Origin: Acholeplasma sp.
GTDB lineage: Bacteria; Bacillota_I; Bacilli_A; Acholeplasmatales; UBA5453
Assembly: GCA_036677365.1 (NCBI GenBank)
Contig: JAVBWN010000020.1
Location: 1 to 36,027 of the forward strand
Length of the DNA: 36,027 nt
Direction of reading: 5' to 3'
Shown: positions 1 through 8,869 of the stretch, one piece after another
Numbering within the stretch: position 1 is the stretch's first letter
Layout: each line of letters starts with the position of its first letter
Translations under genes and position numbers: made by a program
Notes under the pieces: model-generated
The model's input: the letters and a program-made list of their open reading frames with translations, nothing else
The model's database searches: none
What the model was told of the DNA's origin: nothing

Positions 1-135
1 ATATAAGTGAGTAATTACATTAATTGAATCAGAAAAATGTTACTTTGGTATTTTAGCCCCCTATCTAACCTTGTAAAGGTAAACATATTTTTACTGATTT
101 TGATGTTTCTTTAATGCACACAAGGTCGATTTTGC

Positions 136-190
136 AAGCAATCATGTTGTTTCAACACACGTTGAAAGTATATCATTGCTTTCCTTATAA
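136..190 (+). mobile_element. Putative site-specific recombination (att-like) site containing a displaced rlmD/rumA-like 3' end
   Basis: Imperfect palindrome AAGCAATCATGTTGTTTCAAC-ACAC-GTTGAAAGTATATCATTGCTT (136-181; arms match 17/21). 155-190 translates to THVESISLLSL*, resembling the RlmD C-terminus (YHIESVVLLTSKN* at 32312-32353). Confidence 0.55.
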
Positions 191-213
191 TGATAAAATT
201 ATAGTTAAATTAT

Positions 214-249
214 AGGAGATTTTCATTCAAGTGGAAATCTTCTTTTTTT
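214..249 (+). terminator. Probable intrinsic terminator
   Basis: AGATTTTCA-TTCAAG-TGGAAATCT hairpin (one G-U pair) followed by TCTTTTTTT. Confidence 0.55.
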
Positions 250-287
250 CAAATACTGGATAATTCGCTACCAAACAGATGTATATA

Positions 288-330
288 TTGATTTTCTCCA
301 GATAATGGTATAAAATAAAATTAAGTGGAG
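288..330 (+). promoter_or_regulatory. Sigma70-type promoter of the abiE operon with an overlapping inverted repeat (candidate AbiEi operator)
   Basis: TTGATT (288-293), 17 bp, TAAAAT (311-316). IR CTCCAGATAAT (296-306) / ATTAAGTGGAG (320-330) matches 9/11. RBS GGAGG precedes ATG 339. Confidence 0.5.
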
Positions 331-338
331 GGAATAGC

Positions 339-929
339 ATGATTATTACAACACTAAACCTAAAAGAGATGTATAAAGACTATACAGATGTTAATGGCAA
401 GATAAAAAGAGATATTGATAAAGGCATTTTATTCCCACTTGTAAGAGGTATTTATGAAACCAATGCTTTAGTGGATGGATTCTTACTTGCTTCATATATT
501 TATGGGCCATCATATCTATCATTTGAGTATGCACTTTCGTTTCATAATATCATTCCTGAAAGAGTGGTAATATATACGAATGCTACATTCAATAAAAGAA
601 AAAGTAAATCCTATCATAATCATTTTGGTCTTTTTACCTATAGAGATGTTCCAAGCGCTGCTTTCCCTTTCTCAGTTAATGTTTATGAAGAAAATGGATA
701 TGCATACGTCATGGCTAGTCCTGAGAAAGCATTGTGTGATTTACTATACATAAAAAAGCCTGTAACAAGTATCAAAGAATTGAAAATGGTACTATTTGAG
801 GACCTTCGCATAAATAAAGAATCGTTTGATCATTTAAAATTTGAGGAAATACAGTTTCTATCTGATAAGTATAAATCAAATAATATAAAGTACCTTAGAA
901 AATTCATTGAAAGCGAGTATATCCAATGA
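339..929 (+). CDS. abiEi: Type IV toxin-antitoxin antitoxin, AbiEi family
   Basis: LVRGIY, PSYLSFEYALSFHNIIPE and ASPEKALCDLLY motifs typical of AbiEi; ATGA overlap with the downstream NTase gene. Confidence 0.85.
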   Translation: MIITTLNLKEMYKDYTDVNGKIKRDIDKGILFPLVRGIYETNALVDGFLLASYIYGPSYLSFEYALSFHNIIPERVVIYTNATFNKRKSKSYHNHFGLFTYRDVPSAAFPFSVNVYEENGYAYVMASPEKALCDLLYIKKPVTSIKELKMVLFEDLRINKESFDHLKFEEIQFLSDKYKSNNIKYLRKFIESEYIQ

Positions 930-1789
930 CAATTATCCAACAAATGATTGATAAATATAGTCCAAAAACAATAGAAGATAAAAAGAACGCAATCAAAGAA
1001 GTGCTCCAAGAGGTGGTTTTAGCGGGACTTTCAAAAACTGATTTCTTTTCACATGCGGCTTTTTATGGTGGAACAGCTTTACGAATATTTTATGGTATGG
1101 ATAGATTTAGTGAGGATTTAGATTTTTCACTGCTTGTTGCTGACGACGCTTTTGATTTGAGTAAATACTTTAAATCCATAAGTGCTGTCGTAAATTCGCT
1201 TGGTTTATATTTTGAAGTATCAAAAAAGGATAAGACGTTAGACTCCAGTATCGATTCCGCTTTCATTAAAGGCAATACAAAAGAAACATTTATTTCTATT
1301 TATCCGAATTCAACGGATTCTAATCGGATTATTCATAACGAGAGGATTGTGATTAAGTTCGAAGTTGATATCAATCCACCTCTATTTGCAAGCACTGAAA
1401 TTAAGTTTCGGTTACTCCCGTTCCCATACCAAGTTCGGGTTTATGACCAATCATCTCTTTTTGCTGGAAAAATTCATGCTGTGATTGCTAGAACTTTGAA
1501 AAACCGTGTTAAAGGTAGAGACTTATATGATTATATTTATTATTTAAGCTTAGATACGAAGGTGAATCTAAAACATCTAGAAGCAAGGCTCAAACAAACA
1601 AAAACAATCGATGAAAATATGACACTGTCTAGAGAAGTATTGATAGAAATATTAGAAAACCGATTTGAACAGATTGATTATGAATTAGCTAGATTGGATG
1701 TTAAACCATTTATTAAAGATCAATTTACTTTAGATATTTGGAGTCGTGATTTTTTTAAATCAATCACTGGACAAATCAAAGTAGTATAG
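926..1789 (+). CDS. abiEii: AbiEii/AbiGii-family nucleotidyltransferase toxin
   Basis: FYGGTALRIFYGMDRFSEDLDF NTase motif, KIHA and RVKGRDLYD motifs; translationally coupled to abiEi. Confidence 0.9.
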   Translation: MTIIQQMIDKYSPKTIEDKKNAIKEVLQEVVLAGLSKTDFFSHAAFYGGTALRIFYGMDRFSEDLDFSLLVADDAFDLSKYFKSISAVVNSLGLYFEVSKKDKTLDSSIDSAFIKGNTKETFISIYPNSTDSNRIIHNERIVIKFEVDINPPLFASTEIKFRLLPFPYQVRVYDQSSLFAGKIHAVIARTLKNRVKGRDLYDYIYYLSLDTKVNLKHLEARLKQTKTIDENMTLSREVLIEILENRFEQIDYELARLDVKPFIKDQFTLDIWSRDFFKSITGQIKVV

Positions 1790-1859
1790 GATGTAAATGG
1801 TCTTGAAACCCAAACAATCAAGTTGAATTGCTGTTGAAGTATTCAAGTTGGAATATGAA

Positions 1860-1914
1860 AGGCTAATAATATATTACATTACACACTGGAAGTATATCAC
1901 TGCATTACCATAAT
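1860..1914 (+). repeat. Degenerate second copy of the att-like/rlmD-3'-end sequence
   Basis: ACACACTGGAAGTATATCACTGCATTACC-ATAAT (1881-1914) vs ACACGTTGAAAGTATATCATTGCTTTCCTTATAAT (157-191): 27/35 identical by hand alignment, including AAGTATATCA; weak residual dyad symmetry. Confidence 0.45.
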
Positions 1915-1947
1915 CACATTCGGCAATCACTTTATAATTATATGAAC

Positions 1948-1990
1948 AAGCCACAAATTCGATTTTCAATAGAGTTTGTGGTTTTTTCTT
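1948..1990 (+). terminator. Intrinsic terminator
   Basis: AAGCCACAAATTC...GAGTTTGTGGTTT hairpin followed by a T-run. Confidence 0.7.
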
Positions 1991-2051
1991 TGAATGAATG
2001 CAGTCTATGGTACAATTTGAGTAAATAAACAGATGAAATCAGGTGATTTGG

Positions 2052-3434
2052 ATGAAAAAGATTAGAATTGCTTATATTGGTGGTGGGTCTCGCTTATGGG
2101 CAAGGGGTTTAATGAGTGATTTGGCTGTTGAATCAGACCTTGGTGGTGAAGTCATTTTATATGATATCGATTACCAGGCAGCTGTGAATAACGCAACCAT
2201 CGGTAACCTCATGATGAAACAACCAAATGCGGTTGGAGAGTGGACATTTTCCGTATCCAAAACCCTAGATGAAGCCTTGGTCGGGGCTGATTTTGTTTTC
2301 ATATCGATATTACCTGGCACGTTTGATGAAATGGAAACTTATGTCCATCGTCCTGAACACTGGGGTGTTTATCAAACCGTTGGTGACACCACAGGACCAT
2401 CTGGGGTTTTTCGTTCATTGATCATGATGCCGATGTATGAGACTTTTGCAAAAGCCATCGAACGCATGTGTCCCCATGCCTGGGTCATCAATTTTACAAA
2501 CCCCATGACGATGTGTGTTCAAATGCTCTATCATGTCTTTCCGAAGATTAAAGCGTTTGGAAATTGTCATGAAGTCTTCCATGTCCAGCAAATACTCGCG
2601 AGGGCATTGAAAGAAGCCACAGGCATCGAAGCACAAAGACATGAGATTCAAATCAATCCTCAAGGGATCAACCATTTTACTTGGATCAATTATGCTTCTT
2701 ATAAAGATATCGACATCATGCCAATCTATCAAAATTTTGTTGATAAATACTACGACGTTGGGTTATCCGGTGATCAATGGGTTAATGTAGGTCCATTTGG
2801 CAGTGCTGAAAGAGTAAAACTGGATTTATTCAAACGATTTGGTGTCATCGCTTGTGCAGGCGACAGGCATTTGGTCGAATTCTTACCTCACGATTGGTAT
2901 ATGAAAGACAAAGCGATGATCGAATCTTGGCGTTTCTTTTTAACCCCAGTCAGCTTAAGAAAAGAAATCAAACAACGGGGGAATGAATCCGCTGAAAGGA
3001 TTGCTCAAGGTTTAGAGTCTGTCCATATCACACCATCGGGTGAAGAAGGGATCATTCAACTCAAAGCCATTCTAGGTTTATCGGATTTGATGACGAATAT
3101 CAATATGCCAAACTATGGTCAAATCCCTAATTTACCACTGGGTCACGTGGTTGAAACCAATGCTATGTTTAGAAGAGATGATGTGAAACCTGTATTCACT
3201 GGCATGATGCCTGAAATACCAGCGGAAATCACGTTAAAACATATTGAAAATCACCAAAGATTACTCAAAGCCTTTGACCATAAAGATTTAGCTTATGCTT
3301 TAGAAGCATTGGAACACGATGTATCCCTATCACACTTATCCAAATCGGACATTAAAGCGATGTTTGATGACATCGTTCCAAGACTAAAACCTTACTTAAC
3401 ATATTACTCAAACACAACGTTGATCAAACTATAA
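2052..3434 (+). CDS. Family 4 glycoside hydrolase, probable alpha-galacturonidase (LplD-like)
   Basis: IAYIGGGS NAD-binding start, QTVGDTTGP, NFTNPM and GINHF motifs, CHEV active-site motif; start placed at ATG 2052 after RBS AGGTGA. Confidence 0.85.
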   Translation: MKKIRIAYIGGGSRLWARGLMSDLAVESDLGGEVILYDIDYQAAVNNATIGNLMMKQPNAVGEWTFSVSKTLDEALVGADFVFISILPGTFDEMETYVHRPEHWGVYQTVGDTTGPSGVFRSLIMMPMYETFAKAIERMCPHAWVINFTNPMTMCVQMLYHVFPKIKAFGNCHEVFHVQQILARALKEATGIEAQRHEIQINPQGINHFTWINYASYKDIDIMPIYQNFVDKYYDVGLSGDQWVNVGPFGSAERVKLDLFKRFGVIACAGDRHLVEFLPHDWYMKDKAMIESWRFFLTPVSLRKEIKQRGNESAERIAQGLESVHITPSGEEGIIQLKAILGLSDLMTNINMPNYGQIPNLPLGHVVETNAMFRRDDVKPVFTGMMPEIPAEITLKHIENHQRLLKAFDHKDLAYALEALEHDVSLSHLSKSDIKAMFDDIVPRLKPYLTYYSNTTLIKL

Positions 3435-3448
3435 AAAGAGGCATCCCT

Positions 3449-4801
3449 ATGGACTTGAAAACCTGTATTTCCAAATTGAATCATCAAGAAATCAGTAGTG
3501 TTGAATTGGTTCAACTGGCCATTCAAAAGCATCAAGAAAACGTAGATAAAAACGCGATTGGTTCTATTTGGCCGGATGCTTTGAAATGGGCAGAAAAACT
3601 CGATGAAGAGCGAAAAAACGGTCATATACGCAGTGCTTTACACGGAATACCCATCGCGATTAAAGACAACATCTTATTCAATGATGGCACGCCAACCACA
3701 TGTAACTCTTATGCTTTCCATGATTTTATCCCGCCTTTTAATGCGAGCATCGTCAATCAACTCTTAGCGGCGGGTATCATTCCTCTCTTCAAAGCCAATC
3801 TATCTGAATTTGCTTACTTCATGAGCGATGAAGGGATGCCTTCTGGGTATGGTTCGATGCACGGTCAAGTCAAACACCCATTCGATGAAACCATCGATCC
3901 TTATGGGTCATCTACAGGCAGTGCTGTCTCGGTTAAATTAGGCATCATTCCAATCAGTATTGGTTCAGAAACAAATGGGTCATTGATGGCCCCTGCATAT
4001 CAATGCCAAATCGTCTCATTCAAACCCACTTTCGGACGTGTATCTAAATACGGTATCATCCCAATTTCACATACCCAAGATACAGCCGGACCGATGGGCA
4101 ATACCGTATATGATTGTGCTTTATTGATGGATGTCTTATCGTTTGCTGATACCAATGATCCGGATACATTAAAACACGTCCATAAACCGGTATCTTTGGC
4201 TTTAGATAAACCTTTAAAACCCTCCAAGGTCGGTTTATTGTCACTATCCAATTACCCTTACGATGAGGATTCGAAAAAGGTCTATGAACAAACCAAAACT
4301 AGATTGGTTTCGATGGGTCATACTGTGGTTGAATTCAGTACTGAATACCCAAATATGGACAATAACCCCACCCTTAAAATCGAATTCAAAGCGAACATGA
4401 ACGGTTTTCTTGAACGCGTTAAAGGACATACCCCACACCAAACACTTTCGGATATCATTGAATTTAATCAGAAGCATGCTGAACGCTGTTTGAAATACGG
4501 GCAAAGTCTTTTGATACAATCCAATGAAACCGATGGCGATTTGAATGGTGCATTCTACCTAGAAAAAAGAGCCGATTTGCTGGATAAAGCAGGGTATTTA
4601 GAACGTATCATGATTGAACAAGATTTAATCGCGGTCGCTGCCCCATTTTGGCTATCTTATGCACCTATTTATGGTAACCCTTCGGTTTGTATCCCAGAAG
4701 GGATTTATTCAGGGAAACCCAAAGCGATGGTATTTGTCGGTAAAAAAGATGAGGATGAAACACTCTTAAGGTTATGTCATCAATATGAACGTCAGAAATG
4801 A
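3449..4801 (+). CDS. Amidase signature family protein
   Basis: LHGIPIAIKDN, GSSTGSA, GSETNGS (Ser-cisSer-Lys triad motifs), QDTAGPM. Confidence 0.9.
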   Translation: MDLKTCISKLNHQEISSVELVQLAIQKHQENVDKNAIGSIWPDALKWAEKLDEERKNGHIRSALHGIPIAIKDNILFNDGTPTTCNSYAFHDFIPPFNASIVNQLLAAGIIPLFKANLSEFAYFMSDEGMPSGYGSMHGQVKHPFDETIDPYGSSTGSAVSVKLGIIPISIGSETNGSLMAPAYQCQIVSFKPTFGRVSKYGIIPISHTQDTAGPMGNTVYDCALLMDVLSFADTNDPDTLKHVHKPVSLALDKPLKPSKVGLLSLSNYPYDEDSKKVYEQTKTRLVSMGHTVVEFSTEYPNMDNNPTLKIEFKANMNGFLERVKGHTPHQTLSDIIEFNQKHAERCLKYGQSLLIQSNETDGDLNGAFYLEKRADLLDKAGYLERIMIEQDLIAVAAPFWLSYAPIYGNPSVCIPEGIYSGKPKAMVFVGKKDEDETLLRLCHQYERQK

Positions 4802-4836
4802 TTGAGAAAGAAATTCAATAAATCACAAATCAAAAT

Positions 4837-4858
4837 GACACCTTTAGGGGTGTTTTTT
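4837..4858 (+). terminator. Intrinsic terminator
   Basis: GACACC-TTTAGG-GGTGTT hairpin followed by TTTT. Confidence 0.6.
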
Positions 4859-4973
4859 GATTGGATTTCGGATTTAATATTTTTTTACGATAAAATGCTT
4901 TTAATTATTTATAATTAGTGATATCATAGTGTTTACATCAGTATAAGAAATGTACTAGAAAGAGGTTTTTATT

Positions 4974-7900
4974 ATGAAGAAAATAATGGCCATTTTGGCA
5001 TTATTGTTGGTCTCTTTCGGATTGGTGGCTTGTGATCAAAGTAGCCTTCAAAAGATCACATTCGAAACCAACCGAGGGACCACGATTGACCCGATTGAAT
5101 TTAGTGGTGAATATGACATCACTCGATTGATTCAATTTACAACCACCAAAGAAGGGTATACCTTTGCTGGATGGTTCACCAATGCTTCACTCGATGCGTC
5201 TTCCGCATTGACTGAAAACATTGAAAAATCCATCACGCTTTATGCAAAATGGGATATCAATCAATACAGCATCACTTATCACTTGAATGAAGGCGTTAAT
5301 GCGAGTGGTAACCCAAGTAGTTTCACGATTTTAGATACCGTGAATCTACAAAACCCAACCAGAAGTGGTTATATTTTTGCTGGATGGCATAAAGATGTTC
5401 AATTGACACAAGTCGTCACAAGCATCCCAGCCGGTTCTAAAGCCAATGTCGAACTTTACGCGAAATGGTCCTTAGATACCAGCATTACTTACAACATCAC
5501 TTGGCAAAATGAAGATGGGTCTGTATTAAAGACCGAAGCGGTTGCTCAAGGTTCGATGCCAGCATACGTTGGTACACCATCCAAAGCAGAAACCGAAACA
5601 CACACATTCACCTTTACCGGTTGGTCACCAGCAGTATCCGTCGTCACAGGGGATCAAACGTATGTAGCAACCTATACCATGACATCAAAATATGCAGGGG
5701 TAGCGTTCACACCAACTGCACTGAATACCATTTTTGGTTTTGATGTTTATGCTTTATTACCTGGTGTTGTTAGTTCTGATTACTTGTTGATTGACGCGAG
5801 TGACCCAACTTGGTTTGAAGTGTATATCGATTTCTTCGATTGGGATTCAGAAGATGCCGATGCTTATATCGCACTCATGAATCAAAATCTTACCTACGAT
5901 GATACCGAAGAATCTTGGGTAGTTGGGGATTATTTCATTTATTTATATGAAGACCCAGATACTTACCCGGGTTTAGTCGTTTATGGCATTGTTCTTTACG
6001 GCAACGTTGAACAAGGCGGCGGTGGCGATAAGGCTGATTATGACCCAACTGCACTCAATGCGTTGTTTGGTTATGATATTTACGCATTAATGCCTGGTTT
6101 CCAAACCAATGATGCAGAACTCGTTGATTATTCAGAAGGCACAACCAAAGAAGTTTACATCGATATTTTTGACTGGGTTGAAGCGGATGCTTTAGCGTAT
6201 ATGGATTTACTCGATGCTTTATTACCTTATGACGATGTTGAAGAGTCCTGGGTGATTGGCGATTATTTCTTATATGTTTACGCTGACGATGAAACCTATC
6301 CAGGACAAATGGTCTATGGTATTGGTATTTATGGGGAAGCTGGCAGTGGTCCAGTAGACCCAGTAGAAGGTGTTTACTATGCATTCAATGTTCAAAACAC
6401 GATTGAAACGTTAGGTACTTCATATTCAACGGTTTTAAATAAAACCATAACATTCCCAGGTAGTGAAGGTAAAGTTATCGTTGTCGTAAGTCATCTTGCA
6501 ACCCCACCAACCCCACCTACAGGTCTTTCTACAGGAAACATTTTTGCTGCAACGGTTAGCAACAATGCCAATGCTCAAGCTTATCTAGAAATCGATACCT
6601 TAGGTCAAGTGATTCAATCCATTACTTTTGAAATCGAAGCCAGAGATAATTTCTCACCAAGATTACAAGGCGCGAAAGTTCAAATTTGGAATGGTTCAGC
6701 TTGGGTAGACCTTGCCGGTGGTGATTTCTACAGTCAATTATCAACCGATATGAAAACCATCACGATTTCAAACGTCAATGCTTCTAAGTTTAGATTATTA
6801 TTCATTGGTAATGGCGATACCAGCAATGGTGGACAAGTGAAGATTTCCAATGTTCAATTATTGACAGGTTCTACCACACCCGCGATTGAATCTTGGTCAG
6901 ACATGATTCAAGTCTTAGGTGGAAATCTCAATGAATCTTCATTAGCGACATTGCTCCCTGAACTTGAAGGCATCACCAATTTTGTTTTATCTAAAATCAA
7001 CAACACGGAATATAAAGTCACTGGCGATTTTGCATATGCGGATCATCAAACCAGAGTCAATAACTATGTTCAAAGTTTATTATTAAAAGGCTATTTGCTA
7101 GACTCCATATTGAGTTCCAGTCGTGGTCAAAATGTCTACTCACTACAAATCAATAATGATTTAGCCTATGCCGTATACATTATTACCAATGGAACGACGA
7201 TTGAAGTGCGTGTTTGGAAGTATGACCCAGTGGTAGAACCAGCCAATTTGGCGACCCTTTCCACCCGTCAAACCATCAATCAATACGAAGTAGCTACCTT
7301 TGGAAAATCTGGATTACCTTCGACTGGTAAGTTTGATGTCTTAGTCATCCCTGTCGAAATCAAAGATAGTCCATTCCCAAGCGATTACGTTTCGAAACTG
7401 GATTTGGTATTCAATGGTACCGCATCGGCTACTGGATGGCAGTCGGTTGCTTCATACTATTACACTTCTTCATGGGGCTTATTAGATATTACATTTGATA
7501 TTGCACCAAAATATACGACCCTCAATAACAAATCCTATTATCAAGGTTTCAATGATGAAGGTGACCAATACGCCATCGTCGAAGCATTAAATGGGTTAAA
7601 TAGTCAAATTGATTATAGCCAATACGACTCGAACAACGATGGTCAAATTGACTCAGTTATTTTTATCTATTCTGTTGCTTACTCAGATGCTGATCCATGG
7701 TGGGCATGGGTATTCACTGCTGAAGCAGGGGTAGCCAATAACATCGGCTTATTGGATGGTAAGAAGTTTGATTACTATTTCTGGGCAAGTTATACCTTCA
7801 TGAATGACTCACTCCAAGGCTTATCAGGGTTGGTTGTCAACGCAGAAACCTATGTCCATGAACTTGGACACTTGATGGGTATGCCAGACTTGTATCCGTA

Positions 7901-8519
7901 TTCAGACACCTTACAATTTGGTCCAGTTGGTGGCTTTGACATGATGGATTACAACTCTGGTGACCATGGTCCATTCAATAAATTGGTCTATGGTTGGTTA
8001 CAACCACTTATCGCAACCACAGGTTCGTATCAAGTCACTTTAGATGCGTATTCAACCGATAACGATGGTCTAAATAATACCTTATTGATTCCTTACCGTG
8101 CATCGGATTTAAACGATGGTAATGCCTTCGATGAATACTTACTCATCATGTTCTATACACCCAATGGTTTATATACAGGTCACTTAGGTACCCCATATGT
8201 GTTAAATAATGCAGGGGTTGTCATCTACCACATCGATGCGAGAATGAATGCGAATAATTCTTATTGGGGCGATTACTTCCTAAGAAACAACAATGGTACA
8301 TCCAATTTCATTGTTCAAATTCTTGAAGCAGACTTCAATAACTCCATTCCAACCACATCCAATAGTGGGATTTCACAATCCGATATCCTAACCACAGGTT
8401 CTATTAATTTAAGCACGTATCGTTGGAGTCAAGGTGGTGCGATCAATGTCACCATTGAAATCGCTCAAGCCTTTACCAATAACAGTACACAAGCCGTTTT
8501 AAACGTCACTGTATCTTAA
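4974..8519 (+). CDS. Large surface lipoprotein with InlB-B/Listeria-Bacteroides repeats and a C-terminal M6 (immune inhibitor A-like) metalloprotease domain
   Basis: Signal peptide with lipobox LVA-C; repeats KEGYTFAGWF...LYAKW and RSGYIFAGWH...LYAKW; YDSNNDGQID Ca-binding loop; HELGHLMGMPDLY zinc motif and GGFDMMD. Confidence 0.85.
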   Translation: MKKIMAILALLLVSFGLVACDQSSLQKITFETNRGTTIDPIEFSGEYDITRLIQFTTTKEGYTFAGWFTNASLDASSALTENIEKSITLYAKWDINQYSITYHLNEGVNASGNPSSFTILDTVNLQNPTRSGYIFAGWHKDVQLTQVVTSIPAGSKANVELYAKWSLDTSITYNITWQNEDGSVLKTEAVAQGSMPAYVGTPSKAETETHTFTFTGWSPAVSVVTGDQTYVATYTMTSKYAGVAFTPTALNTIFGFDVYALLPGVVSSDYLLIDASDPTWFEVYIDFFDWDSEDADAYIALMNQNLTYDDTEESWVVGDYFIYLYEDPDTYPGLVVYGIVLYGNVEQGGGGDKADYDPTALNALFGYDIYALMPGFQTNDAELVDYSEGTTKEVYIDIFDWVEADALAYMDLLDALLPYDDVEESWVIGDYFLYVYADDETYPGQMVYGIGIYGEAGSGPVDPVEGVYYAFNVQNTIETLGTSYSTVLNKTITFPGSEGKVIVVVSHLATPPTPPTGLSTGNIFAATVSNNANAQAYLEIDTLGQVIQSITFEIEARDNFSPRLQGAKVQIWNGSAWVDLAGGDFYSQLSTDMKTITISNVNASKFRLLFIGNGDTSNGGQVKISNVQLLTGSTTPAIESWSDMIQVLGGNLNESSLATLLPELEGITNFVLSKINNTEYKVTGDFAYADHQTRVNNYVQSLLLKGYLLDSILSSSRGQNVYSLQINNDLAYAVYIITNGTTIEVRVWKYDPVVEPANLATLSTRQTINQYEVATFGKSGLPSTGKFDVLVIPVEIKDSPFPSDYVSKLDLVFNGTASATGWQSVASYYYTSSWGLLDITFDIAPKYTTLNNKSYYQGFNDEGDQYAIVEALNGLNSQIDYSQYDSNNDGQIDSVIFIYSVAYSDADPWWAWVFTAEAGVANNIGLLDGKKFDYYFWASYTFMNDSLQGLSGLVVNAETYVHELGHLMGMPDLYPYSDTLQFGPVGGFDMMDYNSGDHGPFNKLVYGWLQPLIATTGSYQVTLDAYSTDNDGLNNTLLIPYRASDLNDGNAFDEYLLIMFYTPNGLYTGHLGTPYVLNNAGVVIYHIDARMNANNSYWGDYFLRNNNGTSNFIVQILEADFNNSIPTTSNSGISQSDILTTGSINLSTYRWSQGGAINVTIEIAQAFTNNSTQAVLNVTVS
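5706..6336 (+). repeat. Intragenic tandem duplication, 333-nt (111-aa) period
   Basis: CCAACTGCACT at 5712 and 6045; PTALNTIFGFDVYALLPG...YDDTEESWVVGDYFIY...TYPG vs PTALNALFGYDIYALMPG...YDDVEESWVIGDYFLY...TYPG. Confidence 0.9.
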
Positions 8520-8526
8520 TTACATT

Positions 8527-8569
8527 AAAAGTCAGTATACGCCTTTATGAAGGTAAATACTGACTTTTT
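8527..8569 (+). terminator. Intrinsic terminator
   Basis: AAAAGTCAGTAT...ATACTGACTTTT perfect 12-bp arms right after the protease stop. Confidence 0.8.
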
Positions 8570-8644
8570 CAATAATGGAAAGTATGGCTAAATCGGTTAT
8601 TTTCATAAGGATAAAAAAAACTTTTCATTTTTCACACAAAAGTG

Positions 8645-8673
8645 TGGCGTTTTTAAATGAAAAGGCGTAGAAT
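8645..8673 (+). promoter_or_regulatory. Candidate promoter for the small basic ORF
   Basis: TGGCGT, 17 bp, TAGAAT. Confidence 0.4.
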
Positions 8674-8723
8674 AGGTATGGGTTAAATCGTTAGATAAAT
8701 CCGTTTTATGAAGGAGAACACTC

Positions 8724-8831
8724 ATGCAAGTTCATGGCAAAGATTCACGTGGTACACACCTCAAGAAAAATGCGATCAGAAATGCTAAAAAAGCCGGTAA
8801 AAAAGTAGTTAAAAATACCATTCTGAAATAA
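8724..8831 (+). CDS. 35-aa Lys-rich small protein of unknown function (MQVHGKDSRGTHLKKNAIRNAKKAGKKVVKNTILK)
   Basis: Strong RBS AAGGAG 7 nt before ATG, upstream promoter-like sequence, terminator immediately downstream; below the ORF-track cutoff. Confidence 0.7.
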   Translation: MQVHGKDSRGTHLKKNAIRNAKKAGKKVVKNTILK

Positions 8832-8832
8832 G

Positions 8833-8869
8833 AAAAAACAGGGTCACTTAAGGTGTGCCCTGTTTTTTT
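8833..8869. terminator. Bidirectional intrinsic terminator
   Basis: AAAAAACAGGG...CCCTGTTTTTT between two convergent genes. Confidence 0.8.
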
